A stretch of 64,000 nt of DNA from Bradyrhizobium sp. (GTDB lineage Bacteria; Pseudomonadota; Alphaproteobacteria; Rhizobiales; Xanthobacteraceae). Positions 39,526 through 48,763 of the stretch are shown in pieces (the stretch's first letter is position 1; every line of letters begins with the position of its first letter). The position numbers and the translations under genes are program-made. Location: positions 1,700-65,699 of the forward strand of contig NZ_DAHUXJ010000068.1 of NCBI RefSeq assembly GCF_027307225.1, written 5' to 3'. The notes below the pieces were generated by a model. The model worked only from the letters and a program-made list of their open reading frames with translations. It ran no database searches and was not told the origin of the DNA.

Positions 39526-39948
39526 ATGCACAATTTCACGCCCCTGAGCGGACTGATCGGCGGCGCGTTGATCGGGCTCGCCTCCGCGCTGTTGATGCTA
39601 TCGGCCGGGCGCCTCGCCGGCGTTTCCGGCATTCTCGGCGGATTATTGACCGCAAGCAGCGACCGCGCCTGGCGGATCGCCTTCATTGCCGGGCTCATCG
39701 TTGCCGCGCTGGTCGGGCCACTGTTCGGCGCACCGGGAGCCGCGCGGCTTTCGTCTTCCAATCTCGCGCTCTATGCCGTGGCCGGCCTGCTGGTCGGGTT
39801 TGGCAGCCGGATGGGGAACGGCTGCACCTCGGGCCATGGCGTCTGCGGTTTTGCGCGTTTCTCGATGCGTTCGATCACGGCGACGCTGGTTTTCATGGGC
39901 GTCGCAGTCGTCACGGTTCTGATCGTTCGTCACGGTTTCGGGGGATAA
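39526..39948 (+). CDS. YeeE/YedE sulfur-compound transporter, subunit 1
   Basis: GRLAGVSGI, GLLVGFGSRMGNGCTSGHGVCG. Confidence 0.92.
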   Translation: MHNFTPLSGLIGGALIGLASALLMLSAGRLAGVSGILGGLLTASSDRAWRIAFIAGLIVAALVGPLFGAPGAARLSSSNLALYAVAGLLVGFGSRMGNGCTSGHGVCGFARFSMRSITATLVFMGVAVVTVLIVRHGFGG

Positions 39949-39952
39949 GATC

Positions 39953-40420
39953 ATGGCATTGATCCTCGCGAGCTTCTGTAGCGGCCTCATCTTCGGGCTG
40001 GGACTTTTGATCTCCGGCATGAACGAACCGGAAAAGGTGCTCGGCTTCCTCGATTTCTTCGGCGCTTGGGACGCCACGCTGGCCTTTGTGATGGCAGGCG
40101 CCGTCGCTGTGGCCGCAGCAGGATTTGCGCTGGCGCGACGCCGAGTTGCGCCGCTGTTTGCCGCCAGATTTGGCTGGCCCTCGCGCAACGATATCGATGC
40201 ACCGCTCCTGACCGGCTCGGCGCTGTTCGGCGTTGGCTGGGGTCTTGCCGGGATTTGTCCCGGCCCTGCGCTGGTGAACCTCGCTAGTCTGACCGCACCG
40301 ATCATCGTCTTCGTGGCGGCGATGGTGCTCGGCATGTTCGGCTTTGAACTGTGGCAGCGGCGCAGTGTGGCGAGCGCTGGCGCTCAAAGTGTCGCCGTCG
40401 CAACGCCGTCGGACGGGTGA
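39953..40420 (+). CDS. YeeE/YedE (DUF6691-like) transporter, subunit 2
   Basis: GLLISGMNEPEKVLGFLD, WDATLAFVM, FGVGWGLAGICPGPA. Confidence 0.92.
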   Translation: MALILASFCSGLIFGLGLLISGMNEPEKVLGFLDFFGAWDATLAFVMAGAVAVAAAGFALARRRVAPLFAARFGWPSRNDIDAPLLTGSALFGVGWGLAGICPGPALVNLASLTAPIIVFVAAMVLGMFGFELWQRRSVASAGAQSVAVATPSDG

Positions 40421-40463
40421 GGCGGCGCTCGCCCCTCACGTCGGCATTGCGAGCGAAGCGCCT

Positions 40464-40886
40464 TTACGCCTTCTCTTCCGCTTCCAGGCGGTTGAATTCG
40501 GCCTTGACCAGTTCGTGAAAGACATCCTTGTCCAGCACGCCGGATTTGCGGATGGGCGCGGCCGCAAGCGCATTGACGACGGCGTCATGAATTTCGAGGC
40601 CGCCTTCCGAGTGCTTGACCATGCCCCACTTGATCAGCTTCTTGTCGCTGACGAGTTCCGTGAAACGCATAAGCCGCAGGCTCAAGCTCAAAAATTCCTT
40701 CGGATCCGGAAATTCGCGTTTCACCGCCTGCATGCCGCGCAGGCTCGCCGGCTCCTCAGGCTTTACTGATCCATCCGCCTCGCCGTCCGGTAAGTCCGCA
40801 ATCAGCGCGGACTGAAAAATGCCGAGCGCCTGATGCAGCCGCCCTGGCTGCACAGCCTCTACCTTCTCTTCAGTCGCAGCACTCAT
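40464..40886 (-). CDS. Hypothetical protein
   Basis: 140-aa ORF with a GGAG-type RBS and typical codon usage. Confidence 0.7.
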   Translation of the reverse strand: MSAATEEKVEAVQPGRLHQALGIFQSALIADLPDGEADGSVKPEEPASLRGMQAVKREFPDPKEFLSLSLRLMRFTELVSDKKLIKWGMVKHSEGGLEIHDAVVNALAAAPIRKSGVLDKDVFHELVKAEFNRLEAEEKA

Positions 40887-41152
40887 CTCTTCCTCCCGGG
40901 CGGCAACGCGTAGCTCACCCTTGCGCCAGCGGATGCCGCTTTTGCGCCAACAGAAGGGGCATTGCAACCTCGACGAAGTCGTTTTGAAACCATTTTGGAG
41001 CCGCCAGTTCCACAACTCGCGGCACTCATGAGCATTCGGGTCGATCCGATCGCGCCTTTAGGCGCTGCTCGTCAGAACTGCCGCCCCTTCTACAGCGACA
41101 CAACCCGCTACCGCTCGTGGCGTGGATTTGACACTCGCCGTCCGCCAAGCCG

Positions 41153-41644
41153 CTAACGACGCGGCGGCAATCGCCGCTCCCTGAGCAGGGCATCATGCGC
41201 TGCCGAAATCCGCAAGAAGGCTTCCTCGCTGCCGCCGGCATCCGGATGAGCGCGCTTGGCGAACAGCTTGTAGGCGCGATGAATTTCAGCTTCGGACAGG
41301 CGACGATCGAGCGGCAATCCCAGAAGCTCGCGGGAGTGCTCTTCCATGGTCAGCATCCTGGGCGCTGCCTGTCGCCTGCCGAATTGCGGCGTGGTGAGCG
41401 CAGATAACACCTCGCGAATGACGCCGAGCCGGCGCCGTGCCGCAACACTGGTTGCGCGATCGGCGCCGTCCTGCGCGGCGGATCGCAGGATCGGCAAGGC
41501 CTGGGAAGCCGCCTGACCCAACGCCTCGTCTTCGCTTGTAGAGGCAATCAGCTGCGCGAGCCGCATCGCCTCGCCGTAGTCGGGCGCATGCGCCAACCAG
41601 ATGCGATCGAGTTCAAGCTTCCACTCCGCAAGATGCCGGTCCAT
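41153..41644 (-). CDS. Protein with C-terminal J-like domain
   Basis: ELLGLP...EIHRAYKLFAKRAHPDAGGSEEAFLRISAAHDAL, containing the HPD motif. Confidence 0.85.
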   Translation of the reverse strand: MDRHLAEWKLELDRIWLAHAPDYGEAMRLAQLIASTSEDEALGQAASQALPILRSAAQDGADRATSVAARRRLGVIREVLSALTTPQFGRRQAAPRMLTMEEHSRELLGLPLDRRLSEAEIHRAYKLFAKRAHPDAGGSEEAFLRISAAHDALLRERRLPPRR

Positions 41645-41788
41645 GGCAAACACCCAGAGAATGAAACACCAGGCGGAGGTAAGGCTTTCCGCTTCCGTTG
41701 CGGCAAATTTGAATTGATTTGTCGAGAAAGCGCTGTGGCCAGCGCGGCAGAGTTGTTAAGCTCCCAAAAAATCGACGCGGAGAAAAAA

Positions 41789-42559
41789 ATGTCAGGACTT
41801 CTCGAAGAGCACATCGCTGTCGTCACGGGCGCAGCCTCCGGCATCGGTCACGCGATCGCGTCCGGCTATGCCCGCGAAGGCGCTCGGGTGGTCCTGCTCG
41901 ACATCAACCAACCGGCGGCCGAACAGGCCGCGGAAGAAATTCGCCGCTCCGGCGGCCGTGCTTCCAGCTACCGGCTCGACGTCACCCACCGCGAGGACTG
42001 CGTGAAGGTCGCGAAGCTCATCGCGGAACAGGTCGGGCAGGTTTCGATCCTGGTCAACAATGCCGGCATCAACCGCCGTAACGGCTTCGCCGGCGAGGCT
42101 TCGGCCGTGATCAAGGATTGGGAAGACATCATCTCGATCAATCTCAACGGCGTATTCAATGTGACGCATGCCCTTCTCGAACCCTTGCGCGCGAGCAAGG
42201 GACGCATCGTCAACATTGCCTCGATCCAGTCCTTCGTGCATGTGCGCACGCCGAACTCGCCGGCCTACACCACCTCCAAGCACGGCGTGCTCGGCTTCAC
42301 CCGGGCGCTTGCGGCCGAACTCGGCAAGTTTGGCGTGCGCGTCAATGCGATCGGCCCCGGCTTGATCGAAACGCCGCTCAATGCCGCGGTGCGCGCCAAC
42401 AATCCGGAGTTGGTCAAGATTTTCATCGACCACACGCCGCTCGGGCGCGCGGGCAAACCGGAAGACATCGTGGGGCCGGCGATCTTTCTCGCCTCCGACC
42501 TCGCAGCCTATGTCACGGGATCGATCGTGATGGCGGATGGCGGCTACCGGGCGATCTGA
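41789..42559 (+). CDS. Short-chain dehydrogenase/reductase
   Basis: VTGAASGIG, NNAGI, YTTSK, VNAIGPG. Confidence 0.95.
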   Translation: MSGLLEEHIAVVTGAASGIGHAIASGYAREGARVVLLDINQPAAEQAAEEIRRSGGRASSYRLDVTHREDCVKVAKLIAEQVGQVSILVNNAGINRRNGFAGEASAVIKDWEDIISINLNGVFNVTHALLEPLRASKGRIVNIASIQSFVHVRTPNSPAYTTSKHGVLGFTRALAAELGKFGVRVNAIGPGLIETPLNAAVRANNPELVKIFIDHTPLGRAGKPEDIVGPAIFLASDLAAYVTGSIVMADGGYRAI

Positions 42560-42610
42560 ACGCGGATGCACGGACAAATAAGCGTAAAAAGAAGGGCAGG
42601 AAGTAAGAGG

Positions 42611-42934
42611 TCACGGGTGCGGCGCCTCCGTTCGCACCTTGCCAAAGTGCCGCGCCAGATAGAGCGCGATGACCAGGCCGCCGATCAGCGCCACCGCGCA
42701 TAGCGGCCACGGCGGCGGCAACTGCGGCAGGAAAATATAGAGCAGTGCGAAACCGATCGCGAGATTGCAAAAGCCCCAGACCACGTTGACCACCGCCGAG
42801 GATTCGCCGACGCCGCGCGGCGAAGCGAACGGCGTCTGAAAACGGTTGCCACACGTGCCTTGCACGACGTGCGGGATCGCGTTCGTCAGGAACGCGCCGG
42901 CAAAGAACCAGCCGACATAGACATACCAGACCAT
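42611..42934 (-). CDS. Small membrane protein
   Basis: Three hydrophobic helices; NAIPHVVQG...FQTPFA.P.G. Confidence 0.75.
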   Translation of the reverse strand: MVWYVYVGWFFAGAFLTNAIPHVVQGTCGNRFQTPFASPRGVGESSAVVNVVWGFCNLAIGFALLYIFLPQLPPPWPLCAVALIGGLVIALYLARHFGKVRTEAPHP

Positions 42935-42960
42935 GAACGATCCTCTTTCGCAGCGCGTGA

Positions 42961-43227
42961 CTACCCGAAGCGAAGGCGCGAACGCTCCTTCGCCTTCTCG
43001 GCTTCGACCTCGCGGTCGCGCGCCGGCGCATGGGTATGCAGCGAGGCAAGCAGCCGATGCGCGGCAGATGTGACCTCCTCGACCGCGCGGTCGAAGGCAG
43101 CCTCGTTGGCTTGCGACGGCTTGTTGAAGCCGGATAACTTGCGCACGAACTGCAAGGCCGAAGCGTGAATTTCGTCGTCGGTCGCCGGCGGCTCAAAGTT
43201 GAACAGCGTCTTGATGTTTCGGCACAT
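42961..43227 (-). CDS. DUF2277-family protein
   Basis: MCRNIKTLFNFEPPATDDEIHASALQFVRKLSG. Confidence 0.88.
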   Translation of the reverse strand: MCRNIKTLFNFEPPATDDEIHASALQFVRKLSGFNKPSQANEAAFDRAVEEVTSAAHRLLASLHTHAPARDREVEAEKAKERSRLRFG

Positions 43228-43361
43228 ATTGATCTCCCTGAAAACGGCCCGGCGTAGGCCGCTCCTTAGACAAGGTCTGGCGGACGGCCAATTCTGCCAT
43301 AGAATAGATCGTGCATTCTCTTTCCGCAAAGCCGGTCGAGCCGGCGAGAGGCAAGTTCCCG

Positions 43362-43607
43362 ATGAGCCATGTCACTTACAAGATCGTCGAACACGATAGC
43401 GGTTGGGCCTATACCTACGATGGGGTGTTCTCCGAAAGCTTCCCGACCCACGCCAAGGCCCTGGCGGCCGCCCGACGCGCCGCCCTCGAGCAACGCGTGC
43501 CAGGACGGACAGAATCCATCCAATATGAGACCGCTGACGGCAAATGGCACACCGAAGCCGCCTCCGGCAGTGACCGCCCCGAGACCGATGTTCAGGACAC
43601 ACCGTAA
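43362..43607 (+). CDS. DUF2188-family protein
   Basis: YKIVEHDSGWAY..DGVFSESFPTHA.AL.AA...IQYETADGKW. Confidence 0.8.
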   Translation: MSHVTYKIVEHDSGWAYTYDGVFSESFPTHAKALAAARRAALEQRVPGRTESIQYETADGKWHTEAASGSDRPETDVQDTP

Positions 43608-43636
43608 CGCGCAAGCCATCAAATGAGGATAACGCC

Positions 43637-44677
43637 ATGAGAGGTTTGCGGCCGCTATTGTCCGCGATTTTCGTCGCCATGTCATTTGCCGCTGTCGCCG
43701 CGGACTATCCGCCGCCGAAGCAAAGCGACTTCATCGTGCACGACTTCAAGTTCCATGGCGGGGAGGTGATGGCAGAGCTGAAGCTGCATTACACCACGGT
43801 GGGCGAGCCGACCGGCCAGCCGGTATTGGTGCTGCACGGCACCGGCGGCTCGGCGGCGAGCATGTTGACGCCCGCCTTTGCCGGAGAGCTGTTCGGCGCG
43901 GGCCAGCCGCTCGACGCCTCGAAATATTACATCATCATTCCCGACGGCATCGGCCATGGCAAATCGTCCAGGCCCTCCGACGGCATGAAGACCGGATTTC
44001 CCAAATACGACTACGATGACATGGTCGAGGCGCAACACCGGCTCGTGACGGAAGGCCTTGGCATCAAGCACCTGCGGCTCGTGATCGGCAATTCCATGGG
44101 CGGCATGCAGACCTGGCTGTGGGCCGAAAAATATCCCGACATGATGGACGTAGCGGTGCCGATGGCCTCGCAACCGACCGCGATGGCGGCGCGCAACTGG
44201 ATCTTGCGCCGGATGATGATCGAGACCATCCGCAACGATCCCGACTACAAAAACGGCAACTACACGAGCCAGCCGCGCATGATGAAATATGCCATCGCAG
44301 CCTATCGCTTCGCGAGCTCCGGCGGCACGCTCGCCTATCAGGACCAGGCGCCGACGGCGGAGAAGGCCGATCGCATGGTCGCCGAGCAGCTGGCGAAGCC
44401 GATCGCCACCGACGCCAACGACTTCATCTATCAGTGGGGGTCCTCGCACGACTACGATGCATCCGCCGGGCTTTCGCGGATCGAGGCGAAGCTGCTCGCG
44501 ATCAACGCGGTCGATGACGAGCGCAACCCGCCCGAAACCGGCGTCATCATCGATGCACTGGCCCAGGTCAAGCATGGCAAGCTCGATCTGATCCCGGCGT
44601 CAACCGAGACACGCGGCCACGGCACGACGGCGAACGCAAAGTTCTACAAGCTGGCGCTTGAGGAGCTGCTGCGCTAG
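43637..44677 (+). CDS. Exported alpha/beta hydrolase (homoserine acetyltransferase-like)
   Basis: Signal peptide, LVLHGTGG, GNSMGGM nucleophile elbow, RGHG. Confidence 0.9.
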   Translation: MRGLRPLLSAIFVAMSFAAVAADYPPPKQSDFIVHDFKFHGGEVMAELKLHYTTVGEPTGQPVLVLHGTGGSAASMLTPAFAGELFGAGQPLDASKYYIIIPDGIGHGKSSRPSDGMKTGFPKYDYDDMVEAQHRLVTEGLGIKHLRLVIGNSMGGMQTWLWAEKYPDMMDVAVPMASQPTAMAARNWILRRMMIETIRNDPDYKNGNYTSQPRMMKYAIAAYRFASSGGTLAYQDQAPTAEKADRMVAEQLAKPIATDANDFIYQWGSSHDYDASAGLSRIEAKLLAINAVDDERNPPETGVIIDALAQVKHGKLDLIPASTETRGHGTTANAKFYKLALEELLR

Positions 44678-44840
44678 TGCGGCGAATTTGAAGTTCCTAT
44701 CAGTTTCGCCGAGAGTTCGTTATAGGAACTTCAAATTCAAAGCCGCTACTCAAATCAATAACTTGCTAGAGCTCCTTTGATTCCGAAGTTCGCATCGGAG
44801 GGGCCGCAATAGCTTGCGAACTTCGGAATCGGAGCTCTAG
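44674..44840. repeat. CTAG-bounded hairpin doublet, copy 6
   Basis: Begins at the hydrolase stop codon (CTAG); close to copy 1 and nearly identical to copy 7. Confidence 0.92.
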
Positions 44841-44879
44841 TGAGGGCGAAAACACCAGCGCCTCGTCACCCTGCGCGCC

Positions 44880-45245
44880 GTGATGCGCTGGACGATGGCC
44901 GGGTTCTACGTCGCGGCCGGCATCGCTCATCTTGTCGTGCCGGATAAATTGCTCGCGATCACGCCGTCATGGGTGCCCTTCGCGCCGCAGGTCATCCTGG
45001 TGACCGGCTTGTGCGAACTGGCAGGCGCCGTGGCGCTGGTGACCAGGCCATTCCGACGCTGGGCAGGAGTTGCACTCGCGGCCTACGCCATTTGCGTGTG
45101 GCCCGCCAATTTCAAGCACGCCATCGAAGGCATCGACCTGCCGTATATCGCCAACAGCTGGCTCTATCACGGCCCCAGGCTCGCCTTCCAGCCGGTGCTG
45201 GTCTGGTGGGCGCTGTTCAGCGCTGAAATCATCGACTGGCCCTAG
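44880..45245 (+). CDS. DoxX-like membrane protein
   Basis: GIAHL..P, PSWVPF...ILVTGLCELAGAVAL, VWPANF, RLAFQPVL. Confidence 0.85.
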   Translation: MMRWTMAGFYVAAGIAHLVVPDKLLAITPSWVPFAPQVILVTGLCELAGAVALVTRPFRRWAGVALAAYAICVWPANFKHAIEGIDLPYIANSWLYHGPRLAFQPVLVWWALFSAEIIDWP

Positions 45246-45407
45246 AGCTCCGATTCCGAAGTTCGCAAGCTATTGCGGCTCCTCCGATGCGAACTTCGGA
45301 ATCAAAGGAGCTCTAGCAACTTATTGATTTGAGTAGCGGCTTTGAATTTGAAGTTCCTATAACGAACTCACGGCGAAACTGATAGGAACTTCAAATTCGC
45401 CGCACTT
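45242..45407. repeat. CTAG-bounded hairpin doublet, copy 7 (inverted relative to copy 6)
   Basis: Begins at the DoxX stop codon (CTAG); its reverse complement matches 44674-44840 with only a few differences. Confidence 0.92.
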
Positions 45408-45485
45408 GCGGCGCGATTCGCGGTAGCTGTGATCTGGTCCCGGTGATAATTCTGCGGCTGGCGCCCGCAATTTTGGAGAGTTGAC

Positions 45486-46091
45486 GTGAGCGAGCTTTGC
45501 CCCGATGACCTCAGGAAGATCTACCCGGATCCGACAGCGCGCGTGATCACGAAGGCGCGGCCAGCGATCGATGTTCACGCGCGGAAATTCATCGAGATGT
45601 CGCCGTTCTGCGTGCTGGCCACGTCCGGCACCGACGGCAGCGTCGACGCCTCGCCGCGCGGCGGCCATCCCGGCTTTATCCATGTCGACGGACCCAACCG
45701 GCTCTTGATGCCCGACCGCCCCGGCAACAACCGGATCGACAGTTTCAAGAACATCGTCGAGGGTAGCGGCCTCTTGCAGCTGATCTTCTTCGTGCCCGGC
45801 CTCGACGAGACGCTGCGCGTCGGCGGCAGCGGCGTGCTCACGGCCGATCCGGCTCTGCTTTCGGCGATGGAAGAATTCGGAAAATCGCCACGCGCAGTGC
45901 TGCGCATCGACGTCAATGAGGCCTATTTCCACTGCGGCAAGGCGCTGATGCGTTCAAAACTGTGGTCGAAGGATACGCAGGTCGAGCGCGCGATGTTTCC
46001 ATCGATCAGCCAGGTCATCCACGATCAGACCAGTCTCGGCGAGCCGGAAACGCAAGCCGCGGTCGAGGCGCGCTACAAGACGCAGCTTTGA
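45486..46091 (+). CDS. Pyridoxamine 5'-phosphate oxidase-family FMN-binding protein
   Basis: SPFCVLATSG.DG.VDASPRGG.PGF, PDRPGNNRIDS, EAYFHCGKA..RSKLW. Confidence 0.9.
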   Translation: MSELCPDDLRKIYPDPTARVITKARPAIDVHARKFIEMSPFCVLATSGTDGSVDASPRGGHPGFIHVDGPNRLLMPDRPGNNRIDSFKNIVEGSGLLQLIFFVPGLDETLRVGGSGVLTADPALLSAMEEFGKSPRAVLRIDVNEAYFHCGKALMRSKLWSKDTQVERAMFPSISQVIHDQTSLGEPETQAAVEARYKTQL

Positions 46092-46113
46092 TTCCGGATT
46101 TCGTGATAGGTGG

Positions 46114-46222
46114 CCTCATGGTTCGAGGCGCCACGCAAAAGCGTGACTCCTCACCATGGGGGTCTCGCGCCCAAATTGAGGACCTCATCCCGAGGAGGCG
46201 CTTGCGCCGTCTCGAGGGATGA
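46114..46222. repeat. CCTCATGGTTCGAG / CCTCATCCCGAGGAG palindromic doublet
   Basis: Same family as 11640, 32234 and 63555. Confidence 0.8.
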
Positions 46223-46232
46223 TTGAAGAGCG

Positions 46233-46721
46233 CTAGTGCTCCTCGCCCTGGAGGCCGCCGACATGCTTCTGGGTGTAGAGTTCGAGCCCGATGCGGCCGA
46301 TTAGGTCGATCTGGGTTTCGAGGAAATCGATGTGATGTTCCTCGTCCTTCATCAGCTTCTCGAACAGATCGCGCGAGACGTAATCCTTCACGCCGTGACA
46401 GTGGGTTGCGGCTTCCTGATAGAGCAGGCGCGCGCTGATTTCCGCGGCGAGATCGCAGTCGATGACTTCCTTGACGTTCTGGCCGATCCGCAGGGGATCG
46501 AGCACCTGCATGTTGGGAAAGCCGTCGAGGAAGATGATGCGATCGATCAAGCGGTCGGCGTGCTCCATCTCCTCGATGGATTCCTTGCGCCAGGTCTTGG
46601 CCATCTCGAGCAGGCCCCAATTGCCCAGGAGGCGGTAGTGCAGCCAGTACTGGTTGATGGCCGTGAGTTCGTGGCGCAAACCCTTGTTAAGATAGTCGAT
46701 GACCTTGGCGTCGCCTTGCAT
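46233..46721 (-). CDS. bfr: Bacterioferritin
   Basis: [31 protein letters not shown] ferroxidase motifs. Confidence 0.97.
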   Translation of the reverse strand: MQGDAKVIDYLNKGLRHELTAINQYWLHYRLLGNWGLLEMAKTWRKESIEEMEHADRLIDRIIFLDGFPNMQVLDPLRIGQNVKEVIDCDLAAEISARLLYQEAATHCHGVKDYVSRDLFEKLMKDEEHHIDFLETQIDLIGRIGLELYTQKHVGGLQGEEH

Positions 46722-46733
46722 GATAGCTTCCCT

Positions 46734-46809
46734 TTAGTGCCCACTTTCCGAAGTTCGTACCCTGCCTCAGCACCGACTTCCACGAACTTCGGAAAGTCAA
46801 GGGCACTAA
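46734..46809. repeat. Single CTAG-family hairpin module between bfd and bfr, copy 8
   Basis: TTAGTGCCC-ACTTTCCGAAGTTCGT...ACGAACTTCGGAAAGT-CAA-GGGCACTAA. Confidence 0.85.
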
Positions 46810-46933
46810 CAAACCTAAATATCCTCACCGGTTCCTGCTGTAGCGCATCGTCCGCCAAAGTTTAAGCGGTTTGGCAGCCTGCCAATCGTGCCCATGCCGC
46901 GGGAAGCGGAGAACTCGCGGTAAGTTCCGGGGT

Positions 46934-47200
46934 TCAGGCGACGGTTTCGAGCGGGAGGATGGTATCGCCGTGCTGATGCTTTGCAGCATGGTTGTGCGGA
47001 CAGCCGGAGCAACACGCCTTGGCGCAGGCGCCGAGTGCATCGTCGATGATGGTCTTGATCGTGCGCGCGCAACGGCCGCACTCGGCGCTGCAACCGAGGC
47101 AGCCATAGAGTTGCTTGGCATTGCGAGGGAGATCTTGCGCACTCTCGACGGCGCTGCGGACGTCGTTGTCGCTCAGCACGTTACAGGAACAGACGATCAT
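46934..47200 (-). CDS. bfd: Bacterioferritin-associated ferredoxin
   Basis: MIVCSCNVLSD...CGRC; upstream of bfr. Confidence 0.93.
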   Translation of the reverse strand: MIVCSCNVLSDNDVRSAVESAQDLPRNAKQLYGCLGCSAECGRCARTIKTIIDDALGACAKACCSGCPHNHAAKHQHGDTILPLETVA

Positions 47201-47277
47201 TGAAGCGGGAGGCCCGTTGGTGATGCAGAGCCTGAAATATTGGATGAGGCCGCCGGATGCAAAGACAAAAGCGGAGT

Positions 47278-47327
47278 TTTGAAGCAATTCCAAACTGATA
47301 GACGGTTCACTTTGGAATGAATCTAAA
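47278..47327. promoter_or_regulatory. Two Irr iron-control-element (ICE)-like sites upstream of bfd-bfr
   Basis: TTTGGAATGAATCTAAA (47311-47327, 1 mismatch to TTTRGAAYNRTTCYAAA) and TTTGAAGCAATTCCAAA (47278-47294, 2 mismatches). Confidence 0.7.
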
Positions 47328-47380
47328 ATCCAAAAAGCGAGCTCCGTAGATCGACGGAGTTTGGCAAACGGCCGCGCCCT

Positions 47381-47626
47381 TCAGTCGCTGTCGCCTCCAC
47401 CGCCATGTGCGCCGCCACCATCGCTCCCGCCGCCATCGCTAGTGCCGCCGTGATCCCCGGAATGGCCCTGCCCGTCGAACCAGCAACTGCCAGCCGCTTC
47501 GACGCTGACCGAACCGTCATGCGCCGATGCATGGTCCTGCCCTTTGCGGCGCCGGACGCCTTGCACGAACCAACTGAGGAGGACCGCGGCGACCATGATC
47601 GTCATCGCCAATAACGCCTGCTTCAC
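47381..47626 (-). CDS. Small single-TM protein with Gly/His/Asp-rich tail
   Basis: LLAMTIMVAAVLLSWFV followed by DGGGSDGGGAHGGGGDSD. Confidence 0.6.
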   Translation of the reverse strand: MKQALLAMTIMVAAVLLSWFVQGVRRRKGQDHASAHDGSVSVEAAGSCWFDGQGHSGDHGGTSDGGGSDGGGAHGGGGDSD

Positions 47627-47801
47627 GACTCACTATCCCCCATGGCAGTCACTATTGTGCATTGCACCATTTTTCCCGACGCCGCCTGATTAGGCCGGTA
47701 TTATGACAGCCCCGTTCATTGATCGTTCAAGTGATATATGGGAACCTCTCGTGAGTAGACCGCTTGAACGCAGTCTCATGTTCAATCTGAAAGGTGATGC
47801 C

Positions 47802-48113
47802 ATGAGGAAAGTACTGGTGGCACTGGCCACCGTGGCCACGTTGGCCTTCTCGGCAGCGAGCCCCGCCCACGCCCAGCGCGCGCTCGGTGCGGCGATCGCC
47901 GGCGGCCTGATCGGTGGCGCCATTGTCGGCGGCGCGGTAGCCGCGAGCCCCTACTATTATGGCCCCGGCCCTTACTACTACGGACCCGGACCTGGCCCCT
48001 ATTACGGTGGGCCGGCCTACGTCGCCAATGAACCGTATGGCTGCTACTGGCAGCGTCAGCGCTTCTGGGATGGCTACGCCTGGCGTTTCCGCCGCGTGCG
48101 CGTTTGCGACTGA
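47802..48113 (+). CDS. Small secreted glycine-zipper protein, paralog 1
   Basis: Signal peptide, AQRALGAAIAGGLIGGAIVGGAVAAS, Y/G/P-rich linker, CYWQRQRFWDGYAWRFRRVRVCD. Confidence 0.8.
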   Translation: MRKVLVALATVATLAFSAASPAHAQRALGAAIAGGLIGGAIVGGAVAASPYYYGPGPYYYGPGPGPYYGGPAYVANEPYGCYWQRQRFWDGYAWRFRRVRVCD

Positions 48114-48146
48114 CGCCCGTTCAACTGACGGCTATTCATCTTCATT

Positions 48147-48182
48147 AAATCAGGCGAGATGGCCCTCCATCTCGCCTGATTT
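48147..48182. terminator. Strong hairpin after paralog 1
   Basis: AAATCAGGCGAGATGG-CCCT-CCATCTCGCCTGATTT, a perfect 16-bp stem. Confidence 0.7.
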
Positions 48183-48367
48183 CCGTAGTGTCACGGGAGT
48201 GTTGGCCCGAAAAAACCGCTTTTCGGGCCAATGTCCCAAGCACGTTTACTTCGGGTTGACCGTTGCGCGCTTCTTGGGCCGCAGCGTAAATTTCAAACTC
48301 GGCGTGCGAATCGAACTGCCCCCCTGGCGCCCCCCCCAGGCGTCGCATCTCCAGGAGAGTTGAACAC

Positions 48368-48634
48368 ATGAACAAGACCTTTGCTGCGCTCCTTGCTCTG
48401 GCAATGGTAGCCGGCCTTGCCACCACAACCCCGGCCAGTGCCCAGCGTGCGCTCGGCGCGGCGATTGCCGGTGGCATCATCGGTGGCGCGATCGTCGGCG
48501 GCGCTGTTGCCGCTAGCCAGGCTCCTCCGCCCCCGGTTTACGTCGCGCCCGGACCCTACCCGTGCCGCTGGGTACGTGAGCGCTTCTGGGACGGCTACGA
48601 GTGGCGCTTCCGCCGCGTTCAGTACTGCGACTGA
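48368..48634 (+). CDS. Small secreted glycine-zipper protein, paralog 2
   Basis: AQRALGAAIAGGIIGGAIVGGAVAAS...CRWVRERFWDGYEWRFRRVQYCD. Confidence 0.8.
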   Translation: MNKTFAALLALAMVAGLATTTPASAQRALGAAIAGGIIGGAIVGGAVAASQAPPPPVYVAPGPYPCRWVRERFWDGYEWRFRRVQYCD

Positions 48635-48656
48635 TCGCAAGCTCGCTTTGACGAGG

Positions 48657-48685
48657 AAAAACCCGGCCTCGCAGCCGGGTTTTTG
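48657..48685. terminator. Bidirectional intrinsic terminator
   Basis: AAAAACCCGGC-CTCGCA-GCCGGGTTTTT. Confidence 0.8.
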
Positions 48686-48763
48686 GTTTTCCAAGCCATC
48701 GGGACGCTGGCTTCGTTTGCACCGTTCGCTAACGGCCTCGCTGTCGCTCGACCTGCTCGGGTG

